64,000 nucleotides of DNA from an uncultured Puniceicoccaceae bacterium (GTDB taxonomy: Bacteria; Verrucomicrobiota; Verrucomicrobiia; Opitutales; Oceanipulchritudinaceae). The notes under the pieces were generated by a model. It did no database searches. It saw nothing but the letters and a program-made list of their open reading frames with translations, and was not told the DNA's origin. The stretch spans positions 5,758-69,757 of the forward strand of contig CAYFRH010000002.1 of the NCBI GenBank assembly GCA_964345345.1. Direction: 5' to 3'. Positions within the stretch are counted from its first letter, which is position 1, and the number at the start of each line of letters is the position of its first letter. Positions 8,671 through 18,536 of the stretch are shown one piece after another. Made by a program: the position numbers and the translations under genes.

Positions 8671-11507
8671 GTTGCTGAAGCTTGTTCGGGATTGTCGTCG
8701 GAAACGGAACTGTGGTTGAAAGAGGAAGGCGTTGGCAAGGGGGAAGCAAGACGTTCTTGATTCGCGGCGAGCAACTCCGCGATTTCGGCGTGCAGATCGT
8801 CCCAGGAGTCATGGCCGAGCCAGCGGGCGAGGCGCCCTTGTTGTTCGGGATCGGCGGGCAATTGGTCGGTGTCGGTGAAGGTTTCCCGGCGCAGGGCGAG
8901 CTCGATCTCCCGGAAGCGTGCGTAGGCCTCCTGTAAAGGCGCGCATGAGGAGAGGGAAGGTTCGGCGGCAATGGCGGCGATGAGGGTACGGACGCGGGGA
9001 ACGCGAAGGGCGGGAATGGCGGCGCCAAGGCGGCGGGCGACATACTGGGCAAAGAGTTCGAGGTCGACGAGTCCGCCGGGCGCATTTTTAAAACATAGAA
9101 CAGGTTCCCGTCGGCCGACTTTTTCGCGGAGACGCGGACTTCTCATGGTGGGATCCTCGAAAGCCTTCCCGGGCGGACGAGAAGAGGGGGAGGCAAAAAG
9201 AAGTTTGTGGCGGAATTGCCCGAAGGCCTTCCGAAGGGATGCCGGCCCAGCGATGGGCCGGGACCGCACGAGGGCCTGCACTTCCCAATCCCGCGCCTTC
9301 GTCAGGTAGTACTGTCGGAAGCGAGCAAAACCGGGCAGAAGAGGGCCGTCCTTTCCATGCGGGCGAAGGCGCAGATCGATGGAAAAGGTCCGGCCAAGGG
9401 GGTGGTCGTGGCCGAGAAGGCGCAAAAATGATCGAATGCGGCCCGAGATTCCCTCCTCTGGCGGGTGGGTGGCGATAAAGACCAGGTCAAGGTCGGAGCC
9501 CGGGCTGAGCTCCCCACCACCGAATTTGCCGAAGGCAAGGAGGCCGACCTTTTCCTCGAGGCCATGGCGTCGCAGCCCTTCCCGGCAGACCGCTTCCGCG
9601 AGGTCGCTCAGTTGCTCTTCCATCCCGGCGCGGGAATCGAACCCGAGGAGCTGATTGCCGACGATGCGAACCTGTTCGGCTTTGACAAACAGCCAGAGCC
9701 AGGCGGCGAAGTCGTTGTCCGGGCCGAGGCGCAGATCCTCCTCCTGATCCTGTACGGATTTCCGACGCCGTCCGACCCGCTGGAGCAATTCCTCCATGAT
9801 GGAAGGGAAGCGGCACAGCAGTTGGTGAAGGTAGGAACTGCGGTCGAATAAAAGCGCAAGGAGAGTGAAAAAATGCGGATTTTCCTGACAGGTGTGAAGG
9901 AATTCCCTGCGCGCCCCGTACGCCTGTGCGAAGGAGGCGACCCGGCGCAGTGCCTGTACCGGATCGGCGGTTCGGGGCAGGACTTCACCGAAGGCTTCCG
10001 TAAGGTGAGCGAATAGGGAAATCTCCTCCCGGGTAACAGGACGGCCGGGCTGAGCGTTGGCGAGGTTGCGCAGGGCCTTTTCTCCCTCTTTTTCCCGGTT
10101 GCCGAACCAGGAAAGCAACCGTCTCCGCAAAGAACCGTGGATTGTTTTGGCGGAAAAGAGGGCGAGCCATTCCTCCTGTAACGGGTTTTCGTGGCGGCGG
10201 GGAAACAAGGCCTCGTAGTGGCGGCGCACCGCATCCCGCCGCATTTTCAATTCCCGCATGAAAGCCGTTTCGCCGGAAAAGCCGAGAAGGACCGCCAGCG
10301 CTTCCCTCCCGGTCTTCGTTGCGGGTAGCCGATGGACCGGTTTTTCCTCCTGCATCTGAAGAAGATTTTCGATGCGGCGGAGAAAGCCCCAGGCCCCCAA
10401 AAGGGCTTGGGCATCGTCCTCGGGCAGGATGCCGTACCGGCGCAACTGCCGGAGCGCCCCCTCGGTTTCGGGCGTTTGCAGGAAGGGCAACCGACTGGCG
10501 TGCCACAACTGCAAGGTCTGGACAACGAATTCGATTTCCCGGATGCCGCCCTGTCCGCTTTTAATATCCTCGTGCAGCGCGGCGGCCCCTAGGATTTCCT
10601 TTTCCGTACGCGTTTTTAGAAAAGCCACCTCTTCGCTGAGATTCGGAGGAGCGTAGCGGGGATAGCGGAACGGCTGCAGGGTTTCGGTGAATTCATGCTC
10701 CATCTCGCGGGAACCATAGACCCGGCGCGCCTTCAGCAGAGCCATGCGCTCCCATGGCTGCCCGCGGGCATAGTAATACTGGAGCACCGCCCCGAGAGAG
10801 GGCACGGTGGGCCCGCTTTCCCCCTCCGGCCGCAGGCGCAGATCGATATGGAAGAGCATTCCCGCTGCGGTCCGCTCCTGAGAGCGCTGGCAGAAGGACC
10901 GAACGACGCGGGCATAAAAAGCCGTATTGCCGGTATGGGTACAATGACCGTTTTTCCGGCAATGGCCATGGCCCTCGCAGACGAAGACCAGGTCGAGGTC
11001 GGAAAAGAGGTTGAGTTCCCGGCCTCCGAGTTTGCCGAAGGCGAGGACGAGCAATCCGGCGGGACGGTCCGCGTCCTCCAGCCATGGTTCCCCGTATTGC
11101 CGCCGATGTTCCGGCAGGAGGTCATCGAGAAGCCGACCCAGACAATCTTCGGCAAGGTCGCTGTATTCGCGTAAAAGGGAAGGCATCGGCGCGGCGGCAA
11201 GGTGTTCCCGGACGGCGATGCGAAGGGTATGCAAGCGGCGGAAATGCTGGAGCCGGCAGGGGGAATCGGGGAAGCGCCCGGCGAAGACCGGCCAGCTCTG
11301 TTGCAGGCGGCCCGGACCAAAGGGTCCCCGGTGTGGATTCAACTCGTGAAGAAACGCTTCCGTCAGCGGCGGAAACCGGTCCAACCAGCGCTTGTAGACG
11401 GGGCTCCAGGAGAGCAGCTCGTCGAGCGCGCGCGCGAGGTCCGGAAGTTTCCGAAACCGTTCGTCCCCGGCAAAGGCCCTTGTATTTTCAGGCTGAAAGC
11501 CCGGCAT
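8667..11507 (-). CDS. glnE: Bifunctional glutamine synthetase adenylyltransferase/adenylyl-removing enzyme
   Basis: Two nucleotidyltransferase motifs ([21 protein letters not shown]; [21 protein letters not shown]), IDLRLRP.G..GP twice, [14 protein letters not shown] and [12 protein letters not shown]. Stop overlaps the glnA start (ATGA). Confidence 0.92.
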   Translation of the reverse strand: MPGFQPENTRAFAGDERFRKLPDLARALDELLSWSPVYKRWLDRFPPLTEAFLHELNPHRGPFGPGRLQQSWPVFAGRFPDSPCRLQHFRRLHTLRIAVREHLAAAPMPSLLREYSDLAEDCLGRLLDDLLPEHRRQYGEPWLEDADRPAGLLVLAFGKLGGRELNLFSDLDLVFVCEGHGHCRKNGHCTHTGNTAFYARVVRSFCQRSQERTAAGMLFHIDLRLRPEGESGPTVPSLGAVLQYYYARGQPWERMALLKARRVYGSREMEHEFTETLQPFRYPRYAPPNLSEEVAFLKTRTEKEILGAAALHEDIKSGQGGIREIEFVVQTLQLWHASRLPFLQTPETEGALRQLRRYGILPEDDAQALLGAWGFLRRIENLLQMQEEKPVHRLPATKTGREALAVLLGFSGETAFMRELKMRRDAVRRHYEALFPRRHENPLQEEWLALFSAKTIHGSLRRRLLSWFGNREKEGEKALRNLANAQPGRPVTREEISLFAHLTEAFGEVLPRTADPVQALRRVASFAQAYGARREFLHTCQENPHFFTLLALLFDRSSYLHQLLCRFPSIMEELLQRVGRRRKSVQDQEEDLRLGPDNDFAAWLWLFVKAEQVRIVGNQLLGFDSRAGMEEQLSDLAEAVCREGLRRHGLEEKVGLLAFGKFGGGELSPGSDLDLVFIATHPPEEGISGRIRSFLRLLGHDHPLGRTFSIDLRLRPHGKDGPLLPGFARFRQYYLTKARDWEVQALVRSRPIAGPASLRKAFGQFRHKLLFASPSSRPPGKAFEDPTMRSPRLREKVGRREPVLCFKNAPGGLVDLELFAQYVARRLGAAIPALRVPRVRTLIAAIAAEPSLSSCAPLQEAYARFREIELALRRETFTDTDQLPADPEQQGRLARWLGHDSWDDLHAEIAELLAANQERLASPLPTPSSFNHSSVSDDNPEQASAT

Positions 11508-11515
11508 GAAGGAAA

Positions 11516-11544
11516 AAGGTAGTGGCTCCGCCCGGGCGGGTCAA
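11516..11544 (-). promoter_or_regulatory. Candidate sigma70 promoter for glnE-glnA
   Basis: Minus strand TTGACC (11544-11539), 17-nt spacer, TACCTT (11521-11516). Predicts an almost leaderless glnE mRNA. Confidence 0.5.
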
Positions 11545-11601
11545 GAAGGCCTCCGGTTGCCCGCTTGACCCTGCCGCGCGTTGCCCTTCCCATAGGCGAT
11601 A

Positions 11602-13086
11602 ATGGATGACAACAGCAAAGGCCGCGTTCTCATCGTGGATGACGACAACGAAATCCGGTATTCGCTCAACCGGGTTCTGGCTGCGCGCGGCTTTGCAGTG
11701 GGCGAGGCCTCCAGCGGTGAAGACGGGATCGAGAAGGCGGGTGGAGGCGAGTATGACGTCATCTTCCTCGACAACCGCATGGAGGGAATGAGCGGATTAG
11801 AGGCGCTCCAACACCTGCGCAGTTCCGCACCTGAGGCGATGGTGATTTTCATGACCGCCTTCGGCACCACGCAGACCGCCATCGAGGCGATGAAGTATGG
11901 GGCATTTGACTACATTATAAAGCCGTTCGAGCTTAAGCGGACCCTCGCCCTGACGGAAAAAGCGGTCCATGCCCGGCGCGACCTGCAGCGCTCAAAGACC
12001 GACTACGCTCCCATCCTCAACAGCGAGGACTACAAGGAAGGAATTGTCGGCGATTCTGAACCCATGCAGGACGTCTTTAAGGCCATCGGGCAGGTGGCAA
12101 CCAGCGATGTGACCGTCATGATCACGGGCGAGAGCGGGACGGGGAAGGAATTGGTAGCCCGTTGTATTCACCAGCACAGCCTGCGCTCGGCAAAGCCCTT
12201 CATGGCGGTGAACTGCGCGGCCATTCCCGACAATCTCATTGAATCGGAATTGTTCGGGCATGAGAAAGGGGCCTTCACGGGCGCGACCCAACAAAGGCTG
12301 GGAAGGTTTGAATCATGCGACGGAGGGACCCTCTTTCTTGACGAAATCGGCGACATGGCCCTTTCCACGCAGACCAAAATTCTTCGTGCCCTTCAGGAAG
12401 GGGAGATCCAGCGGGTCGGCGGCGAAGGGACAATTCGGGTCAATGTGCGGATGATTGCGGCGACGAACCGCGACCTCGAAAAACTCGTTGAGGAGAAAAA
12501 TTTTCGGGAGGATCTGTATTACCGGCTCAACGTCATGCGGATCCGCATTCCCAGCCTGCGGGACCGCCTTACGGATGTGCCCGCCCTTGTCGATTTCATG
12601 CTACAACGGCTCCGCAAGGAGCGCAAAAGCCGGGTCAAGAGCATTTCCCCGGAGGCTCTCAAGGCTCTGCAGCACTATCCATGGCCGGGGAATGTCCGTG
12701 AGCTGGAGAATGCCATTCAACGTTCGGTTGTCGTTGCGCAGGGAGACACCATCCTGAAAACCGACCTTCCGCGGGAGATCCCGCAACGGGCGGCCCCGCC
12801 GGTTGCGGCGGGAACGGAGACGGACGCGCTTCCGGAGGACGGGGAAAGGGAAGCGGCCGAAGAGGAACTTTCCGAAGGTACCCGTGACCAGCTGCTCGAC
12901 CGCGTTTATCGGCGGATGCGCAATGCCGGGGAGGGTCCTTTGCTTCCCCTTCTTGAAAAAGAAATGGCCCGGCGTGCGCTTCAGGAAACCGGAGGCAATC
13001 AGGCGCGGGCCAGCTCGATTCTTGGCATTACGCGCGCAACTTTGCGCAAGCGGATCGAAACCTATGGTCTCGGAGAAGATTTTTAG
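11602..13086 (+). CDS. Sigma54-dependent response regulator, NtrC family
   Basis: Receiver VLIVDDD...FLDNRM...FMTAFG...YIIKP, Walker [42 protein letters not shown], Fis-type [25 protein letters not shown]. Confidence 0.92.
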   Translation: MDDNSKGRVLIVDDDNEIRYSLNRVLAARGFAVGEASSGEDGIEKAGGGEYDVIFLDNRMEGMSGLEALQHLRSSAPEAMVIFMTAFGTTQTAIEAMKYGAFDYIIKPFELKRTLALTEKAVHARRDLQRSKTDYAPILNSEDYKEGIVGDSEPMQDVFKAIGQVATSDVTVMITGESGTGKELVARCIHQHSLRSAKPFMAVNCAAIPDNLIESELFGHEKGAFTGATQQRLGRFESCDGGTLFLDEIGDMALSTQTKILRALQEGEIQRVGGEGTIRVNVRMIAATNRDLEKLVEEKNFREDLYYRLNVMRIRIPSLRDRLTDVPALVDFMLQRLRKERKSRVKSISPEALKALQHYPWPGNVRELENAIQRSVVVAQGDTILKTDLPREIPQRAAPPVAAGTETDALPEDGEREAAEEELSEGTRDQLLDRVYRRMRNAGEGPLLPLLEKEMARRALQETGGNQARASSILGITRATLRKRIETYGLGEDF

Positions 13087-13454
13087 GCAGGTCGTTTTTC
13101 CTTTGGCTCCCGCTTTGCGGACGCTCCGGGCCTGGTTGCGAATTCCCGGTTCGCCAGCCGCATTAGGCGCATACCCGAGAGCCGGAATTTGAGAGCATCC
13201 TTCAGAATGGAATCGACCACGTATTTATGCTGGTAAAAATCGACTTCCTCCTGGACTTCCCGCAAGGTACTGGCTTTTCCCACCCGTTCGATCAGACGCT
13301 CTTCATTAAAGAGCAGATTGGGCATTAAGAGGCGCATGAAAGGCGAGACAATGAGAAAGCGCGTGAAGAGGCAGCGGCGCAGGACGTATGGCACAAACCG
13401 GTCTTCCGGAAGGTGCTGTTGTTGGCAAAGAGTTTCTTTAAAATTAGCCTGCAC
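13083..13454 (-). CDS. Hypothetical protein
   Basis: 123-aa ORF filling the gap between convergent and divergent neighbours. GTG start uncertain. No motif recognised. Confidence 0.5.
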   Translation of the reverse strand: MQANFKETLCQQQHLPEDRFVPYVLRRCLFTRFLIVSPFMRLLMPNLLFNEERLIERVGKASTLREVQEEVDFYQHKYVVDSILKDALKFRLSGMRLMRLANREFATRPGASAKREPKEKRPA

Positions 13455-13489
13455 GTTTGAAGGAGAAAAGTGTTAAGACTTTTGAGGTG

Positions 13490-14731
13490 ATGTCACGCAC
13501 CGAAAACAGAGGCGAGATTTTTTTCATCATCGGCGGAGGAATTGCCGGAATGACGGCGGGGATCTGGTTACGGCGCCTGCTTCCCTCGGCCCGCATCACT
13601 TTGTTCGAGCGCGAAGCACACTGTGGGGACTGGCTTCGCCGCCGGGACAAGCAGTCTGTGGTGATCGGTAATACCGGGGCGGGACCGGCTCTCTCCATGG
13701 CCGGAGACCTGCCGCCGCCACCCCTTCTGGAACGAGCGCTTGCGGCATGGCCAGGGGACGCGCTTCTCGACTGGCTGCGGGAATTGGACACGAAGCCCGA
13801 GGTCGATGACAAGGGGACGATCCGGGCGCAGGGACCGCTCTTGCAGCAACGCCTTCTTGAAGCCGCTCTTGAGGCGGGGATCACTATCCGTGAAAAGGTC
13901 GTCGTCCACGACGTGCGTTCCCAGCCCGGAGGCGGTTTCCGGTTCTGGAGTAAGGAAGAGCCCCTCGGGGAGGCAGGCGGCGTCATTTTCGCCACCGGCG
14001 GGGAGCGTAACCACGGCCTTACCCTGGCAAGGGAAGCCGGTCTCTCCGTGCGACCGCCGCGACCGGGCCACCTGCGCCTTCGCGCCGCTTCCCGGCGACT
14101 CGGACAGCGATTGGAAGGGCTTACAAAGGAGGTCCGGGTGGTGCTGGAAAAGAGCGGGGAGGAAGAGCATGGAAGACTTCGCTGCGGAACGCGCGGCCTT
14201 GAAGGGCCGGTCATCTCCGCGTTGACCGCGCGCACAGGAGAGGAACTCGCCCGGCTGCGACACCGCTTTACCCTGAAGGTGGACTGGATTCCGGAATGGA
14301 GCGCCGGCCGGCTGCGCACATACTTTATCGAAAGGACGGAACAGGGTGGGCGGCAGGCAGTGGGCGAAGACCCGTTGCCGGGATTTTCCGTGCGGCATTG
14401 GAACTACTTCCTTGAGAAGGCCCGCGTGGAACCATCGCTGCCTTGGGCGCGAACCCGGGACCGCAAGCGTAACGCCCTGATCGAGCGGCTGAAGCGCGAG
14501 CGCATCGGTATCGACGGTATGGGCTTGCCGCGGGACGAACGGGCCTGGACCGGAGGCGTCGAAGCAGGGGGGCTTGTCCGCGAAAGCGGCCGGAACCGCG
14601 CCCTCGACAGGTTCTACTGCTGCGGGGAAATGCTGGACTTCCTGTATCCGCCTGGTGGATACCATCCCGGTGCCGTGTGGGCAAGCGCCTATCATACCGC
14701 CAGCGGGATCGCGGCGGAAGAAAGAGCCTGA
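13490..14731 (+). CDS. HI0933/BaiN-like flavoprotein, diverged
   Basis: IIGGGIAGMTAG (FAD-binding), VIFATGG, GLEGPVISAL, WTGGV, CGEMLD...GGY. ATG 13490 is preceded by GAGGTG. Confidence 0.7.
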   Translation: MSRTENRGEIFFIIGGGIAGMTAGIWLRRLLPSARITLFEREAHCGDWLRRRDKQSVVIGNTGAGPALSMAGDLPPPPLLERALAAWPGDALLDWLRELDTKPEVDDKGTIRAQGPLLQQRLLEAALEAGITIREKVVVHDVRSQPGGGFRFWSKEEPLGEAGGVIFATGGERNHGLTLAREAGLSVRPPRPGHLRLRAASRRLGQRLEGLTKEVRVVLEKSGEEEHGRLRCGTRGLEGPVISALTARTGEELARLRHRFTLKVDWIPEWSAGRLRTYFIERTEQGGRQAVGEDPLPGFSVRHWNYFLEKARVEPSLPWARTRDRKRNALIERLKRERIGIDGMGLPRDERAWTGGVEAGGLVRESGRNRALDRFYCCGEMLDFLYPPGGYHPGAVWASAYHTASGIAAEERA

Positions 14732-14732
14732 A

Positions 14733-15188
14733 TTATTCCCCGAGTCCGGAGGTGTCGGTGGGGATTTTGTTATCGGTCTTGAGGACGAGGACCGGCTCCC
14801 GCGTTTTCACCCAGAGCTGATATTCCTTGAAGATACGGGGCGGAACCACCTCGCAGGCTTCTCCGATCGAAGTGGCGGGAAGGCGGCGGCCCTTCGGGGT
14901 CTGGTTGAAATCGTAGGCCCCTTTGTGGATCCGTTCCTCCGTCGTAAGGACGTTTTCCTCCTCGGGGATCTGCAGTACCCAGCCGGTCAGGTCTTTGTCG
15001 GGCAGTTCCCCTTCCGGATCGGAGAGCATAATTACGAACTGCTTTTTTACCGGTGGAGCAGGTGGATTTTCCTCCTTCAGGATCTCCATCTCCCGCTCAA
15101 TATCCTCAAGGATGGAGTTGACGCGTCGGACTTCCAGCTCGTTGCGCTGCAGGATGGCTTTAACGATATCGAGATCCACTTTGGCCAT
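14733..15188 (-). CDS. Hypothetical protein
   Basis: ORF MAKVDLDIVKAILQRNELE... lies downstream of alr in the same orientation and has protein-like composition. Confidence 0.65.
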   Translation of the reverse strand: MAKVDLDIVKAILQRNELEVRRVNSILEDIEREMEILKEENPPAPPVKKQFVIMLSDPEGELPDKDLTGWVLQIPEEENVLTTEERIHKGAYDFNQTPKGRRLPATSIGEACEVVPPRIFKEYQLWVKTREPVLVLKTDNKIPTDTSGLGE

Positions 15189-15236
15189 GTGAGGAGGGAA
15201 AGCGCCCGGGGCCATGGCTGGCAAATGAAAAGAGGA

Positions 15237-16382
15237 TCAGACGGCGGTGTCGGTATGGTAAAGGCGCTTAGTCCGGGCGGAGAGCGAGCAGAAGACCTCC
15301 CATTCAACTTGTCCGGAGGCACGGGCGTACTCGGATACGGTGATTTCCCGGCCGCCCTCGCGGCCGATGAAAGTGGCCGTTTCCCCGGCTTCCGGGCAAG
15401 GATCGAGATCGGTCACATCAACCACGGTCTGGTCCATGGTGACGCGGCCGAGGATGGGACAACGGCGGCCGCGGAGGAGCACCTCGCCTCGGTTGCTCAG
15501 GGCGGTGGGAAGACCGTCGGCATAGCCGGCGGTGAGAACGGCGATGCGCGCATCGCGCCGCAGCTTGTGGGTCTGTCCGTAGGAGATGGGGGTTCCGGCA
15601 GGAAGCCGTTTGACCAGCCCGACACGGCTGTGAAAGGAAAGAACCGGGTCCAGGTCATCCGGGTGCAGGAGCGCCCCGGGTTGTGGGCGGACCCCGAACT
15701 GCAGCAAGCCGATGCGGACGGCGTTGAAAGGACCCTTGGCAGGGAAGGACTCCACCCCCGCGCTGTTGTCCGCATGCAGGAGCAGATTTTCGGGGGGAGC
15801 GGAAAGCTGCCGCAGGCAGCGGAGAAAGCGGTCGCGTTGAGTACGGGTGAAGGCGGGATCGCTGTCGGCGGAGGAAAAGTGGGTGCAGACGCCCGCAAGC
15901 TGCAATTCGGGGGCCCGCCGCATGGCTTCCAGCATTTCGGGAAAGCGGGGATACCAGATGCCGAGTCGGCCCATGCCGGTATCGACTTTCAGGTGGACCG
16001 GGTAGGGCTCGTTTCGCTTCCCCGCCGCTGTGGCAAAGGCGACCACCTCCTCGGGTGAGGACAACACCGGAAGAACCCCGAGACGGCAGGCTTCCGGAAT
16101 TTCCTCCGGCAACAAGGCGCTGAGGATAAGGACGGGCCATCCTTCCCCGACCTCGCGCAGGCGCGCCGCTTCTTCGAGGTTGGCGACCGCGAAGGCGTCC
16201 GCTTCGGACCGCATCAGCCGCGTCACCACAGGGGCGAGGCCGTGTCCGTAGGCGTTTGCCTTGACCACCGCGATGTAGCGGAGATGGGTGGGCATGGCCG
16301 CCCGGATGGCGCGAAGGTTCCGTTCGAGAGCGCCAAGATTCACGCGGGCCCACGCCCGCAGGTTTTCTCCAGTGAGGCTCAT
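15237..16382 (-). CDS. alr: Alanine racemase
   Basis: AWARVNLGAL, AVVKANAYGHG (PLP lysine), VHLKVDTGMGRLG, THFSSAD, ISYG, GYADG, ILGRVTMDQ. Start at ATG 16382, overlapping the tsaB stop. Confidence 0.95.
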   Translation of the reverse strand: MSLTGENLRAWARVNLGALERNLRAIRAAMPTHLRYIAVVKANAYGHGLAPVVTRLMRSEADAFAVANLEEAARLREVGEGWPVLILSALLPEEIPEACRLGVLPVLSSPEEVVAFATAAGKRNEPYPVHLKVDTGMGRLGIWYPRFPEMLEAMRRAPELQLAGVCTHFSSADSDPAFTRTQRDRFLRCLRQLSAPPENLLLHADNSAGVESFPAKGPFNAVRIGLLQFGVRPQPGALLHPDDLDPVLSFHSRVGLVKRLPAGTPISYGQTHKLRRDARIAVLTAGYADGLPTALSNRGEVLLRGRRCPILGRVTMDQTVVDVTDLDPCPEAGETATFIGREGGREITVSEYARASGQVEWEVFCSLSARTKRLYHTDTAV

Positions 16383-17053
16383 TCGGCCTGATGGCGACGT
16401 TGGGACCAGCGGACGGGTTCGGCTCCGGCAACCTGCAGCGGCGCGACCTCTCCGCAGGAATGGATAAGGGCGGGCGTTTCCAGAAGCAGCTGCGGGCCTT
16501 CCGCGAGCGGAACCTCCCGGGCCATCCGGGCGCAGGGAGCGGGCGCGGACCGGTTTCCCAGAAGGAAGAGAACTCCGCCTTTTTCCGAGGCTTCCTCCGG
16601 GGCAACGGTGTCCGCCGTAAAAGTGTAGCCGTACGGACCCTGTTTCGCATGGCACCGGTGAAGGCGGTCGCGCCGGTAAGGAGCGTACACCATCGTCTCC
16701 GTGGCTGCTTCCGCGCGCAGCAGCGAAACCGCGAAAAGTTCAAGATTGCGAAACCGGAACAGGTGCCAGTGCCGATGGTCGGGGAGGCGGGCCCATGTCC
16801 GGACGGTCATGGTGGCGAGCCGGAGGGCGAGACTTGACCCGGGTCCTTCCGCGAAGAGGACGCCCCCGAGGGAAGCGAGGCCGAGCTGGTGCCGGCCCAG
16901 CAGTTCCCGTACCGCCGGAATCAAAGCCTCAAGGACCGGTTTCCCGCTTTGCGTCTGTTCCAGCACTTCACCTGCCCGCAGCAGGGCGAGTTGAAGCCGT
17001 GGCCCGGCCGCATTCATGAGGAGAAGAGGCTGCGAAGAGAATGGATCAGCCAT
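16379..17053 (-). CDS. tsaB: tRNA t6A biosynthesis protein TsaB (diverged)
   Basis: LIPAVRELL......L.GVLFAEGPGS..LRLA corresponds to the TsaB GPGSFTGLR motif. tsaB-alr linkage is familiar. Confidence 0.75.
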   Translation of the reverse strand: MADPFSSQPLLLMNAAGPRLQLALLRAGEVLEQTQSGKPVLEALIPAVRELLGRHQLGLASLGGVLFAEGPGSSLALRLATMTVRTWARLPDHRHWHLFRFRNLELFAVSLLRAEAATETMVYAPYRRDRLHRCHAKQGPYGYTFTADTVAPEEASEKGGVLFLLGNRSAPAPCARMAREVPLAEGPQLLLETPALIHSCGEVAPLQVAGAEPVRWSQRRHQAE

Positions 17054-18509
17054 AGTGACGACGCAGGTTTGTGGGGAGGATGCCCAGTTCCTCGCGGTAC
17101 TTGGCCACGGTCCGCCGGGCGATGTTGATCCCTTCTTCCTTCAAGATACCAACGATCTTCTGGTCGCTGTAAGGTTTTGCCGTCGGCTCGTCCTCGACGA
17201 TGCGCGCGATGCGGTCTTTGATGGATTTGTTCGATACGCTTTCCCCGTCCTTTCCCCGGTAGCCGGGGGTGAAAAAGTACTTCATCTCGAACAGGCCGTG
17301 CGGGGTGAGCATATACTTTCCCGAAACCGCCCGGCTGACGGTGGTTTCGTGCACGCCCACCTGCTCCGCCACCTGATTCATCGTCAAAGGCCGGAGGTGG
17401 GCCTTCCCCTGCTCGAAAAACCCCTGTTGCAGCTCGAGCAGCTTCCAGGCAATGCGTTCGATCGTCATTTGTCTTTGCTCGAGCGCGCTGATGAGGAAGC
17501 GCCCGTTCCGAAACTGTTGGCGCAGGTACTCACGGTCTTTTCCCTTGACCTGCCCGCGCGCCAGCATCCGCTTGTATTCGGGGTTGATGCGCAGACGCGG
17601 AACGTAGTCGCTATTCAACACGACCTGCCACTCGCCTTCCTCGTCCTTGTACACGATGACATCGGCCTCCACCGTCCGATTGTGGTCCTCGCTGTAGCGA
17701 CGAGCCGGGGCGGGGTCGAGCCGGGCAATCTCTTCGACCGCCGTTTCCACCTCAAGGGAACTGACTTTCAAGGCCCGCGCGATTTCCGGAATCCGCCGGC
17801 GCAGCAGAAGGTCCCACTTTCGCTTGATGATCCTTGCGGCAAGGGAATCGCCCATGCCCTTTCGTTGCAGCTGCAGAAGAAGGCATTCCTGGATCGAGGT
17901 CGCGCCAAGGCCGGGCGGGTCAAGGGACTGGAGCAATTTCACCGCCGCCTGAATGTTTTTGAGCGGCTTGTCCGCCATGAGGGCGAGGTCGGCCGGTTTG
18001 GCGGTGAGGAGACCGTTGTCGTCCAGGCTGCCGGTCAGGTATTCCAGTGCCTCCAGCACCCTGGGGTCTTCTTCCACGGAACGGGCCTGTTCCATGAGGT
18101 CTTCCTGAAAGGATTTCTCGCGGGTCAGGGAGTCGAAAAAGTGCTGCCTTCGCTGGGCATCCTCGTTCGTGTACGGTTGTTCTCCCGCTTCCTCCTCGAG
18201 GTAGCCGCTCCATTCGCCGCCGAGACGTTCCAGTACGGAAAAATCCTCCCCGAAATCGAGGCTTTCGCTCGATTCGCTTTCCGCAGTGGCTTCGCTTTCT
18301 GCGGTGCTCGGGGTTTCCGCTTCCGCTTCGATGGATACGTCCTCGTAGGGAAGCTCTTCCAAGGTCGGGTTGGCCTGCAATTCCTCCAGAATGGCCGAAC
18401 GCAACTCGAGGGAAGGAACTTGCAGGAGGCGAAGGGACTGACGTAGCTGCGGCGCCAGAACGAGGCTCTGGGTCTGCTTCTGCGTCTGTTGGAATCCTTG
18501 CTCGGGCAT
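17046..18509 (-). CDS. rpoN: RNA polymerase sigma-54 factor
   Basis: Gln-rich region I (QKQTQSLVLAPQLRQSLRLLQ), ELQANPTLE, LDPPGLGA, LRPLTM..VA..VGVHETTVSRAV, RpoN box ARRTVAKYRE. Confidence 0.97.
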   Translation of the reverse strand: MPEQGFQQTQKQTQSLVLAPQLRQSLRLLQVPSLELRSAILEELQANPTLEELPYEDVSIEAEAETPSTAESEATAESESSESLDFGEDFSVLERLGGEWSGYLEEEAGEQPYTNEDAQRRQHFFDSLTREKSFQEDLMEQARSVEEDPRVLEALEYLTGSLDDNGLLTAKPADLALMADKPLKNIQAAVKLLQSLDPPGLGATSIQECLLLQLQRKGMGDSLAARIIKRKWDLLLRRRIPEIARALKVSSLEVETAVEEIARLDPAPARRYSEDHNRTVEADVIVYKDEEGEWQVVLNSDYVPRLRINPEYKRMLARGQVKGKDREYLRQQFRNGRFLISALEQRQMTIERIAWKLLELQQGFFEQGKAHLRPLTMNQVAEQVGVHETTVSRAVSGKYMLTPHGLFEMKYFFTPGYRGKDGESVSNKSIKDRIARIVEDEPTAKPYSDQKIVGILKEEGINIARRTVAKYREELGILPTNLRRHYG

Positions 18510-18536
18510 CGGTCGTAGGGGGCTCGGTTGGCCGGC

